From Nemertoderma westbladi (taxonomy: Eukaryota; Animalia; Xenacoelomorpha), in assembly GCA_032718475.1 (NCBI GenBank), contig JAUCBJ010002427.1, forward strand, positions 1 through 34,397: a stretch of DNA of 34,397 bases, given 5' to 3'. The notes below the pieces were generated by a model that worked only from the letters and a program-made list of their open reading frames with translations, searched no databases and was not told where the DNA came from. This document shows, in pieces, positions 11,646 to 25,800 of the stretch. Position numbers and translations under genes: made by a program. The number at the start of each line of letters is the position of its first letter. Positions within the stretch are counted from its first letter, which is position 1.

Positions 11646-14600
11646 ATGCCGTCTACATTGACTAAACTAAAACAACAACGAAATGGCATTAGCTCACATA
11701 CTAAACAACTAATAGTAGAGGGGAAACAATTCCTAAATGATGGCACCAATGCGGACTCCGAAAACATAGAAAACATCCGCGATAAACTATATTCATACAA
11801 TATTAAAATCGAAGATTTTAATCAACAAATCTTAGACAAAATATCTGATGACGATGAATATGAGGAATAAATAGAAAATTCTATGAAATTCCAGGAGGTT
11901 ATAATGGATGTCTCCATTAGTTTAACAAATCGACTTAAAAGACTCCAAGACAACCCATCGCCATCATCAACTTCCGACAGAAATACAACACCAAATACCA
12001 CGCCCTGTTTCAACCGCCAGTGCCCCACAACTGGTATCTACTACTAGTTTTGCTGACTTTTTGCATTGGGAACAAAAGTGGGCAGATTTCTATGAATGTC
12101 AACATTTAGCACGCCAATCTATTGAAACACAACGTGCAACAATACGGTCATGTTTCGATGACGAAATATTACGTTTTATTCAACGTGGCATTATTGCTAT
12201 CCCAGAAGAGCCAACATTAAATGATTTCATAACGGCAGTCCGAGTATTTATTCGACAACAACGAAATATTCTTTTGGACCGGATGGCGTTTTACCAACGT
12301 TCACAAGAACAAGGTGAACCATTTAACGAATATTTAGCTTCTATACGAGAACTACATTTGGCTTCAGATTTTGCACTTGACGTCAATTGCCATCAATGTC
12401 AACTCCATAATAGTGAACTTATTCGCGATAGGATCGTAGTTGGCATCTGCGATGACGAAACTCAACATAAACTCCTTTCAACACCAGAACTTACCATTGA
12501 TGATGCAATTCGCATTTGTAAAGCCGAGGAAGCTGCACATAAAACCTCTACTTCTTTATCTGGTACAACTGTAATTAACCGGTTTAAAAACATATCAGCT
12601 TATAAAAAACAACAAAGAAGTACATTTGTAAAATCAGCCCAATTGGCAGGACCAGTTGAAACACCAGATGCTTCCAATAATTACGTGAACCAAAATTCTA
12701 CTTGTTGGCATTGTGGTGGAGAACGACATTTAAGAAGCAATTGTCCTGCAAGTGGCAAACAATGTCCTCATTGTGGCAGAATAGGTCATTTTAGTAATGT
12801 ATGTAGGTCAAAATCATCGCAAATAGACCATAATCCCCATCATAAAAACTTTGGCCTAAAAATGTCATATGCAAGTATACATACCCTTAAAGTTACGGAA
12901 GAAACAATTAAGATCAACCTCCGACTCATTGGAAACCCAGAATTAGCGGTCCACTGGATTGGAGATTCAGGGTCTGATTACAATGCCATAAATTACAATT
13001 TATACAAGCGACTTGGGGGACATCAAGATAACCTCTCACCAGACAATCACCCTGTTGAACTGGCAGATGGTCGGCCAATTCCTAGCCTGGGTATTGCTAC
13101 TTGCGAACTTCTTTATAATGACAATACTTATAACATCCAAGTCCATGTCTATAAAAAACTCACTGACCCACTTCTTTGTCGTCAAACACTACATGACATT
13201 GGACTCTTGCATCCAAAATGGCCTAACCATCTGAATTTGGCAGTTTCAACAGTTTCTAGAACCATTTCAACAGATTCAACAAGAGAACAGTTCTTATTAC
13301 AATATTCTGATGTCTTCGATGATAGCTCATTACCACCAATGTCAGGCCCTTCAATGGCCATCCAATTAAAACCAGATTCAACCCCATATCATGTTAATGG
13401 GGCCAGGACCATCCCATACGCTTATCGCGATCAGATAAAACTCCAACTCGATGATATGGAAGGGAAGGGAATCATTGAAAGAGTAACTCAACCTTGTAAC
13501 TGGTGTCACCCTATTGTTATAGTTGATAAGCCACACTCCACTGAAAAAAGAATGACAGTGGATCTTACTCACCTCAACAATCAGGTAAATACAGTAATAC
13601 ATCCCTGTGTAACCGCAAAGGATGCAATTTCAGGAATTCAACGAGGTTCTTCGTACTTTACCACAATCGATGCCAGACATGGATATTGGCAAGTCCCCTT
13701 AGATGACAAATCAAGGGCATTAACAACATTCATAACACCATGGGGTAGATATCGTTACCTTTGTGACCCACAAGGTTTTGTTTGTGCAGGGGGTGAGTAT
13801 AATCGTCGCACAGACGCAGCTTTTGAAGGGATACAAAATTTCAAAAAAGTTGTGGATGATGCTATTGCATATGATAATGATTATAATAAACATCTAGAAC
13901 GCGTCCACCAGATCCTTCAATGTGCTCGAAATAATGGGATTACTTTAAGTGCTAAGAAATTCATATTTGCCAAACCAGAAGTTAAATTTTGTGGATACAT
14001 TATTAATTCTGATGGTTGGAAAACAGATCCAGACAAATTGAAAGCAATACAAGACTTTCCCATTCCCATAAATAAGACAGATCTACGTTCCTTCTTAGGT
14101 CTTACCCAACAATTTACAGAATTTATAGAAGTAGCAAAGCTTACAGAACCACTTCGCTCATTACTAACCAAACAAGTAGAATTCCTATGGGATTCCAATC
14201 ATCAGGATGCCTTTAACAAAACATGCAAATCACTCACAGACACCCCGACCTTATCATTTTTTGACCTACGTCTTCCCACAAAATTGGAAACAGATGCTTC
14301 ACGGACAAAGGGTCTCGGTTATGCCTTATGGCAATTGGACGGATCATCTTGGAAGCTCATACAGGTTGGAAGTCGATACCTTGCAGACGTGGAGACACGT
14401 TATGCAATGATCGAGTTAGAACTTCTTGCTGTGGTTTGGGCTACAAAAAAATGCCAAAACTTCCTTCTGGGCACAGAATTTCAATTAATAATTGATCATA
14501 AACCATTACTCCCATTCTTGAACTCATATGCTCTTAATAACGTAGAAAATCCAAGACTTCTACGAATGTTGCTTAAATTACAACAGTTTCGATTTAAAGC

Positions 14601-16021
14601 AACCTGGGTCCCAGGCAAAGAACACAAGGTAGCGCTAGGATGCTCTATCCCGGGCTCCAATTCAACATTCCAATCCTGAAGATGAAGATGGTGAATGTCA
14701 TGATACAGTTTCACCATCTATAAGAACCCTACAAGCTGTTGATGACTTTGGTATAGTGGCCCTCCCAAATATTGGTATTGATACAATACATTCAATTGCC
14801 ACCACCGACTCAGAATACAAAGATCTCCTGGAAGTCATAATCGCTGGTTTTCCAGATAATAAATCTATCCTTCCCATTGCCCTGCATAAATATTGGGGAG
14901 TACGGGGTGAACTAACCACTGATAATCGGATCATTCTCAAAGGTGCAAGACTACTTATCCCCAAAGCACTACGCGGCAAAATATTAGAAGAATTGCATTC
15001 TTCACATCAAGGTCAAGAACGCACTAAACGCAGAGCCCGTCAAGTAGTATACTGGCCCAATATTGATAATGATATTGACAACAAGGTTTCTAACTGCAGT
15101 AGCTGCCGCAAATATCAAAGTAATTTACCTTCAGAGCCACTTATATCTGAACCAACACCATCATTACCATTTCAATCAACATCAAGCGACATATTTACCT
15201 TTGGAGGTAATGACTATCTTGCCTTTGTAGATAAGTTATCTGGTTGGCCCTGTCTTACCCGTTTTCATGGATCAGCTAACAGCACAAAGGTTATTCAATC
15301 ATTGCGTAACTGGTTCCCGAATGTTGGTGTTCCCCAAAAGTTAACAACAGACGGAGGACCCCAATACAATTCAAAACGTTTCACTGATTTCTGCAAACGC
15401 TGGAACATACATCATGAGAAATCATCTCCATATCATCCAAAAGCAAATGGCCATGCAGAGGCAGCTGTGAAGTCACTAAAACGATTAGTTCAAAAAACAG
15501 CTCACCTACCAGATCCAGAAGAAGCCCTACAAAGAGGTTTGTTGGAGCTTAGAAACACCCCAAGAATCGATGGGCGTAGCCCAGCACAAATTCTATTTGG
15601 TAGACCTCTCTCATCATTTGTGGTGGCACATCACCATTCGTTCACAGCTGATTATCAAATAGCTGCTGATAAAGCTGATGCAAACTATAAACAGTACCGT
15701 AATGACTATAAAGATTACTACAATAGAACGGCTCATTCCCTTACACAGTTGAAGGTTGGTTGCCAAGTTGACATACAAAACCCACGTAACCATCTTTGGG
15801 ACAAGCTCGGTGTTATTGTTGCTGTGGGGAAGCGTCGGGATTATATGGTTCGCCTCGGTAGTGGGCGCATATATTGGCGCAATCGTCGCTTTTTGCGTCC
15901 ATACAATAACTCATCAAAAGAACAAAACATACCAACAGAATTACAAAACCAAATCCTAATGACACCTCGTCGTAGTACCAGAAAACATTCCCCAGTGCAA
16001 CGATTTGGAATAACTACATAA
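11646..16021 (+). pseudogene. Disrupted gag-pol polyprotein
   Basis: ATG at 11646; premature TAA at 11868; frame change between ~11887 and 12045; two CCHC knuckles (CWHCGGERHLRSNC, CPHCGRIGHFSNVC); protease DSGS; RT KVVDD; RNase H ETDAS; +4 frameshift near 14635; integrase HHCC and DDE core in 14756-16021. Confidence 0.92.
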
Positions 16022-16111
16022 ATTACATGGAAACAATCTACATAATTTCAATGCTTTAAGAGACTAAAAATCGAATCCACATTTTAATGCTCCTTCGACT
16101 TGAGGGGGACG

Positions 16112-16197
16112 TGATACGATATCAATCTAAATGATTTAAAGTGAGCGAGAGGGAAATTCAAACTGATGAATTATATAATTATATAATTATAATACTT
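16112..16197 (+). repeat. 3' LTR, left part (LTR positions 1-86)
   Basis: Matches 11314-11399 and follows the PPT. Confidence 0.95.
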
Positions 16198-18040
16198 AAT
16201 AGGCCCCGATGGCCTTGAAGCTGAGCATTTTATCCATGGGTGCTGTGTACCACTGTTGAATATTTTAACTCTATTTTTTAACTTAATTTTCAGCCATGGT
16301 TATATTCCCCAGCTTATGATGGAATCCGTTATTATTCCTTTAATAAAGGATAAAACCGGGGACCATACAAGCAAAGATAATTATAGGGGTATTTCGATAG
16401 CTACTGTTCTTAGTAAATTACTGGAAAATATTATTTTGGCACGGTGCTTGTGGGGCGAGCCACGAAGTGAGAGAGCCTTAGCGTAGTGGTACCATTAATC
16501 AACCTGTGGGGCGAGCCACGAAGTGAGTGAGCCTTAGCGTAGTGGTACCATTAATCAACCTGTCGTTCTGTCGTTCTGTCGCGTTTTTTTTCAGTATTTT
16601 ATTTTAAACGTTAATAACTCGGCCAATCCTTGATGAAATCTATCCAAACTTGGTACACATGTTGTTTGGCAAAAGTTTGAAAATTTTCCAAGTAGAATTT
16701 GCGTGGGGCCTTCGTGCAGCATCAGTGTAACTGTTATTGTAGTTATAATATATTTATTTATCCAAAATTAACATGCGTTAAATTATTATTACTGTAGGAT
16801 AAATCAGCTGGTTTTCTGACAAATTTTGCAAAACATAGGGGCTGTCTGCCAATCTGCATGTACCATTTGTACCGGTACTGTCAGGCTGTACTCAATTCCT
16901 GAATCGAGAATTCTGCATCAGTCAATACTGCAATACAGGTCAGCCGGTACCATACACTGCAGACATGCCATATCATGTAATCTAAACATGGCCCCGGAAA
17001 CCCTTGCGGTGATTATAGTTTAGGCCTAATTAGCCTAGTACCGGTAATAATAATATAATAGTTTAGATAGTTCAGTAGTTACCGCTAATCATTCAGTCAT
17101 TGGCACGGTACACCGTATTGCTGTAGGTACTGAGGTTGCTGGGTTGTAGTGCGCACCGTAGGTGCCACCCATGCGTAGGCTGACTGTGCTGATTATGGTA
17201 CTGTCAGACTGTGGTACCTAAGCTATATACTGTTAGGTATATTGCTGTATTGGGGTGGGGTTAGGAATAATCCATTTGTTTTAGCATTGAACTGTTGAAT
17301 CCCCTTATTTATTATAAAACCATTGGAAATATTCGCAAATGCCGCTCCATTACTGTCTGAAACGCTCCCGACAGTCCGATGTATCTGGACCCGAGCAGCC
17401 GAGTTGCTTCAAGAGGTGATTAACGGGGGAATACTACGGAATTGCTTGTTTGTCAGTGCGATTCTATTTGGGTATTTACTACACTCAGACACTGGGAATA
17501 CGGCGGTCGGTGAGATCGTAATGCGGGCCACTGCCAAGTTCATCATGCCTCACTCCGGTCACCCACCTTGGAGTGCGGTGGGAAGAGTCCCACTTACTGA
17601 CTTACGTCGACGACTGGACGAATCGACGAGGATTGCGATCTGGGTTTAGCGGCGGCCCGGATCCTGGGATCGCCTGGGGGAAATGGTTGAACGTTGGGCA
17701 GACGTGATCGCACTGGATTACGTTCTCTGTGACGCGAAAGTGTGAAGCGAATTCGTTGTCGAATTGGGTCGGAAGCTGCGGGAATTCTACTGTTCTACGG
17801 GAGTAAACCGCAGCGGGATAAGCAGGTATTTCGATCGAGTTTCTCGTATTCTCGATGCTCGAGGCGGATAGAGAGTTGGTTGTGTTGGGCGGTGTTGTTC
17901 AATTCTATCAAACATATTAAATAATTGGTAAAATAATAAAAACACACCAGATAAAGATACTGAGCTTATGGTAAAGAGATAGGCCGAACTTACAATTCCC
18001 AAATAGATTGTTCATATAATAAATATATTTTTGGTATTTG

Positions 18041-18316
18041 ATTTCAAGATAGGGGGGGGGGGGGGGGGGGGGGGGGACTGGACGCAATAAAAATTCATCC
18101 CTCTCCAGGGGAAATTGGACGCAAATATCAACAGCTGATTACTCTCAAAAATAAAACTGTAACCTGTTCTATTGTGTTTACTTTATTGTTTTGGTTAAAA
18201 TAACGTGCCACTGTAACCTGCTCCTTTCCCAAAATTTAGAAATTAATATTGAGGCGGGATATTAATTCGCCAAGATGGGATTTGCGTCCAGTCCCACCCC
18301 CCTCCTATCTCTTGAT
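18041..18316. mobile_element. MITE-like fold-back inside each array unit (also near 20720, 23395, 26070)
   Basis: CAAGATAG(G)nACTGGACGCAA is inverted relative to TTGCGTCCAGTCCCACCCCCCTCCTATCTCTTG about 230 bp downstream. Confidence 0.6.
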
Positions 18317-19605
18317 TTCACTAAAAAATAGAATGCATTGCATTTTACTGTTATAATTACTGTATTGAATAAAATAATTAATTGATTGTTTATTAAACCG
18401 TGCTAAGCACGTTGAACTGGAGCTCTAACAATTCCCCACTAGCGGCAGACAGGAACTGTAAAAGTCTCTGTAGAATTTCTAATTAAGCAATGCTCTTAGG
18501 TAACTACTACTAAATTTCAGATGAATCTGATCGTTGGTTCTATAATTACAGCTATTTTTACTATTTTTACGAAGCTGGCATCCCTAGGTATTATTATTAT
18601 AAAGAGCGTCAGCCTGCGTTTAATAAATATATTTTAATACAAAACAGGTCGAACGCAAAGAGGCTTATAATGAAGACGAGTACTGCATTGATTATATTCC
18701 TATAAACCACCTGGCTTTGCATATTGAACGTGCGTTTGGAAATAAGTTCGTGCTACCCTTCCGTGGGTGGTAGATGTCGCGGTTATGTATTGGTGGTTGG
18801 GAAGGGTGGGGGGGGTGGAGAGATTAAAAGGGGTGAACACGTACTGTCCCTCTTTCTTTGATTAATTGGTGGTGTGGGTTAATCTCTCATAACCTGATTT
18901 TGTGATACAGTCGCACAATTTTAATTTGTATCTCATAACTGGGCCTCGTGCTGCGCGAAGGCCCCACGAACGTGTCGTTCTGTCGTTCTGTCGCGTTTTT
19001 TTTCAGTATTTTATTTTAAACGTTAATAACTCGGCCAATCCTTGATGAAATCTATCCAAACTTGGTACACATGTTGTTTGGCAAAAGTTTGAAAATTTTC
19101 CAAGTAGAATTTGCGTGGGGCCTTCGTGCAGCATCAGTGTAACTGTTATTGTAGTTATAATATATTTATTTATCCAAAATTAACATGCGTTAAATTATTA
19201 TTACTGTAGGATAAATCAGCTGGTTTTCTGACAAATTTTGCAAAACATAGGGGCTGTCTGCCAATCTGCATGTACCATTTGTACCGGTACTGTCAGGCTG
19301 TACTCAATTCCTGAATCGAGAATTCTGCAATCAGTCACTACTGCAATACAGGTCAGCCGGTACCATACACTGCAGACATGCCATATCATGTAATCTAAAC
19401 ATGGCCCCGGAAACCCTTGCGGTTGCGGTGATTATAGTTTGGGCCTAATTAGCCTAGTACCGGTAATAATAATATAATAGTTTAGATAGTTCAGTAGTTA
19501 CCACTAATCATTCAGTCATTGGCACGGTACACCGTATTGATGTACTGCCGTTGTAGTGCGCACCGTAGGTACCACCCATGCGTAGGCTGACTGTGCTGAT
19601 TATGG

Positions 19606-19889
19606 TTTGATTGATTGATTGTTTTTTACACATAATTAAACCTTTTAAAATTCACAATAATACATTTATAAAGATCAGAAGATTACGTTACGATATTAGG
19701 CCTACAGTACAAGTAATAACACTAGATATTTAGGAGCACCAATACTGATTTATGTAGATAGTCAACTTATAAAATGTTTATTTACTTAAATAAAAGGTTC
19801 TGGTGTAAGGATAGCCTCATGAGGTATATACCTCGTTTCCATGAGGGTCCTATAATAATTTTCATACTCTAATATTTAAAGCTAGTCAG
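19606..19889 (-). mobile_element. Probable 3' tail fragment of a LINE/SINE, present in units 2-4 only
   Basis: Ends in (TCAA)n on the minus strand and contains a CCTCATG...CATGAGG hairpin; replaces ~50 bp (17200-17249) of unit 1. Confidence 0.45.
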
Positions 19890-22800
19890 ATTGGGGTGGG
19901 GTTAGGAATAATCCATTTGTTTTAGCATTGAACTGTTGAATCCCCTTATTTATTATAAAACCATTGGAAATATTCGCAAATGCCGCTCCATTACTGTCTG
20001 ATGTCTGAAACGCTCCCGACAGTCCGATGTATCTGGACCCGAGCAGCCGAGTTGCTTCAAGAGGTGATTAACGGGGGAATACTACGGAATTGCTTGTTTG
20101 TCAGTACGATTCTATTTGGGTATTTACTACACTCAGACACTGGGAATACGGCGGTCGGTCAGATCGTAATGCGGGCCACTGCCAAGTTCATCATGCCTCA
20201 CTCCGGTCACCCACCGTGGAGTGCGGTGGGAAGAGTCCCACTTACTGACTTACGTCGACGACTGGACGAATCGACGAGGATTGCGATCTGGGTTTAGCGG
20301 CGGCCCAGATCCTGGGATCGCCTGGGGGAAATGGTTGAACTTTGGGCAGACGTTATCGCACTGGATTACGTTCTCTGTGACGCGAAAGTGTGAAGCGAAT
20401 TCGTTGTCGAATTGGGTCGGAACCTGCGGGAATTCTACTGTTCTACGGGAGTAAACCGCAGCGGTCCGGTGACTAGTACGGACGGATACTACTGGGATAA
20501 GCAGGTATTTCGATCGAGTTTCTCGTATTCTCGATGCTCGAGGCGGATAGAGAGTTGGTTGTGTTGGGCGGTGTTGTTCAATTCTATCAAACATATTAAA
20601 TAATTGGTAAAATAATAAAAACACACCAGATAAAGATACTGAGCTTATGGTAAAGAGATAGGCCGAACTTACAATTTCCAAATAGATTGTTCATATAATA
20701 AATATATTTTTGGTATTTGATTTCAAGATAGGGGGGGGGGGGGGGGGGGGGGACTGGACGCAATAAAAATTCATCCCTCTCCAGGGGAAATTGGACGCAA
20801 ATATCAACAGCTGATTACTCTCAAAAATAAAACTGTAACCTGTTCTATTGTGTTTACTTTATTGTTTTGGTTAAAATAACGTGCCACTGTAACCTGCTCC
20901 TTTCCCAAAATTTAGAAATTAATATTGAGGCGGGATATTAATTCGCCAAGATGGGATTTGCGTCCAGTCCCACCCCCCTCCTATCTCTTGATTTCACTAA
21001 AAAATAGAATGCATTGCATTTTACTGTTATAATTACTGTATTGAATAAAATAATTAATTGATTGTTTATTAAACCGTGCTAAGCACGTTGAACTGGAGCT
21101 CTAACAATTCCCCACTAGCGGCAGACAGGAACTGTAAAAGTCTCTGTAGAATTTCTAATTAAGCAATGCTCTTAGGTAACTACTACTAAATTTCAGATGA
21201 ATCTGATCGTTGGTTCTATAATTACAGCTATTTTTACTATTTTTACGAAGCTGGCATCCCTAGGTATTATTATTATAAAGAGCGTCAGCCTGCGTTTAAT
21301 AAATATATTTTAATACAAAACAGGTCGAACGCAAAGAGGCTTATAATGAAGACGAGTACTGCATTGATTATATTCCTATAAACCACCTGGCTTTGCATAT
21401 TGAACGTGCGTTTGGAAATAAGTTCGTGCTACCCTTCCGTGGGTGGTAGATGTCGCGGTTATGTATTGGTGGTTGGGAAGGGTGGGGGGGTGGAGAGATT
21501 AAAAGGGGTGAACACGTACTGTCCCTCTTTCTTTGATTAATTGGTGGTGTGGGTTAATCTCTCATAACCTGATTTTGTGATACAGTCGCACAATTTTAAT
21601 TTGTATCTCATAACTGGGCCTCGTGCTGCGCGAAGGCCCCACGAACGTGTCGTTCTGTCGTTCTGTCGCGTTTTTTTTCAGTATTTTATTTTAAACGTTA
21701 ATAACTCGGCCAATCCTTGATGAAATCTATCCAAACTTGGTACACATGTTGTTTGGCAAAAGTTTGAAAATTTTCCAAGTAGAATTTGCGTGGGGCCTTC
21801 GTGCAGCATCAGTGTAACTGTTATTGTAGTTATAATATATTTATTTATCCAAAATTAACATGCGTTAAATTATTATTACTGTAGGATAAATCAGCTGGTT
21901 TTCTGACAAATTTTGCAAAACATAGGGGCTGTCTGCCAATCTGCATGTACCATTTGTACCGGTACTGTCAGGCTGTACTCAATTCCTGAATCGAGAATTC
22001 TGCAATCAGTCACTACTGCAATACAGGTCAGCCGGTACCATACACTGCAGACATGCCATATCATGTAATCTAAACATGGCCCCGGAAACCCTTGCGGTTG
22101 CGGTGATTATAGTTTAGGCCTAATTAGCCTAGTACCGGTAATAATAATATAATAGTTTAGATAGTTCAGTAGTTACCGCTAATCATTCAGTCATTGGCAC
22201 GGTACACCGTATTGATGTACTGCCGTTGTAGTGCGCACCGTAGGTACCACCCATGCGTAGGCTGACTGTGCTGATTATGGTTTGATTGATTGATTGTTTT
22301 TTACACATAATTAAACCTTTTAAAATTCACAATAATACATTTATAAAGATCAGAAGATTACGTTACGATATTAGGCCTACAGTACAAGTAATAACACTAG
22401 ATATTTAGGAGCACCAATACTGATTTATGTAGATAGTCAACTTATAAAATGTTTATTTACTTAAATAAAAGGTTCTGGTGTAAGGATAGCCTCATGAGGT
22501 ATATACCTCGTTTCCATGAGGGTCCTATAATAATTTTCATACTCTAATATTTAAAGCTAGTCAGATTGGGGTGGGGTTAGGAATAATCCATTTGTTTTAG
22601 CATTGAACTGTTGAATCCCCTTATTTATTATAAAACCATTGGAAATATTCGCAAATGCCGCTCCATTACTGTCTGATGTCTGAAACGCTCCCGACAGTCC
22701 GATGTATCTGGACCCGAGCAGCCGAGTTGCTTCAAGAGGTGATTAACGGGGGAATACTACGGAATTGCTTGTTTGTCAGTACGATTCTATTTGGGTATTT

Positions 22801-25800
22801 ACTACACTCAGACACTGGGAATACGGCGGTCGGTCAGATCGTAATGCGGGCCACTGCCAAGTTCATCATGCCTCACTCCGGTCACCCACCGTGGAGTGCG
22901 GTGGGAAGAGTCCCACTTACTGACTTACGTCGACGACTGGACGAATCGACGAGGATTGCGATCTGGGTTTAGCGGCGGCCCAGATCCTGGGATCGCCTGG
23001 GGGAAATGGTTGAACTTTGGGCAGACGTTATCGCACTGGATTACGTTCTCTGTGACGCGAAAGTGTGAAGCGAATTCGTTGTCGAATTGGGTCGGAACCT
23101 GCGGGAATTCTACTGTTCTACGGGAGTAAACCGCAGCGGTCCGGTGACTAGTACGGACGGATACTACTGGGATAAGCAGGTATTTCGATCGAGTTTCTCG
23201 TATTCTCGATGCTCGAGGCGGATAGAGAGTTGGTTGTGTTGGGCGGTGTTGTTCAATTCTATCAAACATATTAAATAATTGGTAAAATAATAAAAACACA
23301 CCAGATAAAGATACTGAGCTTATGGTAAAGAGATAGGCCGAACTTACAATTTCCAAATAGATTGTTCATATAATAAATATATTTTTGGTATTTGATTTCA
23401 AGATAGGGGGGGGGGGGGGGGGGGGACTGGACGCAATAAAAATTCATCCCTCTCCAGGGGAAATTGGACGCAAATATCAACAGCTGATTACTCTCAAAAA
23501 TAAAACTGTAACCTGTTCTATTGTGTTTACTTTATTGTTTTGGTTAAAATAACGTGCCACTGTAACCTGCTCCTTTCCCAAAATTTAGAAATTAATATTG
23601 AGGCGGGATATTAATTCGCCAAGATGGGATTTGCGTCCAGTCCCACCCCCCTCCTATCTCTTGATTTCACTAAAAAATAGAATGCATTGCATTTTACTGT
23701 TATAATTACTGTATTGAATAAAATAATTAATTGATTGTTTATTAAACCGTGCTAAGCACGTTGAACTGGAGCTCTAACAATTCCCCACTAGCGGCAGACA
23801 GGAACTGTAAAAGTCTCTGTAGAATTTCTAATTAAGCAATGCTCTTAGGTAACTACTACTAAATTTCAGATGAATCTGATCGTTGGTTCTATAATTACAG
23901 CTATTTTTACTATTTTTACGAAGCTGGCATCCCTAGGTATTATTATTATAAAGAGCGTCAGCCTGCGTTTAATAAATATATTTTAATACAAAACAGGTCG
24001 AACGCAAAGAGGCTTATAATGAAGACGAGTACTGCATTGATTATATTCCTATAAACCACCTGGCTTTGCATATTGAACGTGCGTTTGGAAATAAGTTCGT
24101 GCTACCCTTCCGTGGGTGGTAGATGTCGCGGTTATGTATTGGTGGTTGGGAAGGGTGGGGGGGTGGAGAGATTAAAAGGGGTGAACACGTACTGTCCCTC
24201 TTTCTTTGATTAATTGGTGGTGTGGGTTAATCTCTCATAACCTGATTTTGTGATACAGTCGCACAATTTTAATTTGTATCTCATAACTGGGCCTCGTGCT
24301 GCGCGAAGGCCCCACGAACGTGTCGTTCTGTCGTTCTGTCGCGTTTTTTTTCAGTATTTTATTTTAAACGTTAATAACTCGGCCAATCCTTGATGAAATC
24401 TATCCAAACTTGGTACACATGTTGTTTGGCAAAAGTTTGAAAATTTTCCAAGTAGAATTTGCGTGGGGCCTTCGTGCAGCATCAGTGTAACTGTTATTGT
24501 AGTTATAATATATTTATTTATCCAAAATTAACATGCGTTAAATTATTATTACTGTAGGATAAATCAGCTGGTTTTCTGACAAATTTTGCAAAACATAGGG
24601 GCTGTCTGCCAATCTGCATGTACCATTTGTACCGGTACTGTCAGGCTGTACTCAATTCCTGAATCGAGAATTCTGCAATCAGTCACTACTGCAATACAGG
24701 TCAGCCGGTACCATACACTGCAGACATGCCATATCATGTAATCTAAACATGGCCCCGGAAACCCTTGCGGTTGCGGTGATTATAGTTTAGGCCTAATTAG
24801 CCTAGTACCGGTAATAATAATATAATAGTTTAGATAGTTCAGTAGTTACCGCTAATCATTCAGTCATTGGCACGGTACACCGTATTGATGTACTGCCGTT
24901 GTAGTGCGCACCGTAGGTACCACCCATGCGTAGGCTGACTGTGCTGATTATGGTTTGATTGATTGATTGTTTTTTACACATAATTAAACCTTTTAAAATT
25001 CACAATAATACATTTATAAAGATCAGAAGATTACGTTACGATATTAGGCCTACAGTACAAGTAATAACACTAGATATTTAGGAGCACCAATACTGATTTA
25101 TGTAGATAGTCAACTTATAAAATGTTTATTTACTTAAATAAAAGGTTCTGGTGTAAGGATAGCCTCATGAGGTATATACCTCGTTTCCATGAGGGTCCTA
25201 TAATAATTTTCATACTCTAATATTTAAAGCTAGTCAGATTGGGGTGGGGTTAGGAATAATCCATTTGTTTTAGCATTGAACTGTTGAATCCCCTTATTTA
25301 TTATAAAACCATTGGAAATATTCGCAAATGCCGCTCCATTACTGTCTGATGTCTGAAACGCTCCCGACAGTCCGATGTATCTGGACCCGAGCAGCCGAGT
25401 TGCTTCAAGAGGTGATTAACGGGGGAATACTACGGAATTGCTTGTTTGTCAGTACGATTCTATTTGGGTATTTACTACACTCAGACACTGGGAATACGGC
25501 GGTCGGTCAGATCGTAATGCGGGCCACTGCCAAGTTCATCATGCCTCACTCCGGTCACCCACCGTGGAGTGCGGTGGGAAGAGTCCCACTTACTGACTTA
25601 CGTCGACGACTGGACGAATCGACGAGGATTGCGATCTGGGTTTAGCGGCGGCCCAGATCCTGGGATCGCCTGGGGGAAATGGTTGAACTTTGGGCAGACG
25701 TTATCGCACTGGATTACGTTCTCTGTGACGCGAAAGTGTGAAGCGAATTCGTTGTCGAATTGGGTCGGAACCTGCGGGAATTCTACTGTTCTACGGGAGT

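Noticed and set aside
20250-20681. 143-aa minus-strand ORF repeated in units 2-4
   Set aside because: No ATG start or recognisable domain, broken in unit 1; probably the shadow of the plus-strand relic.
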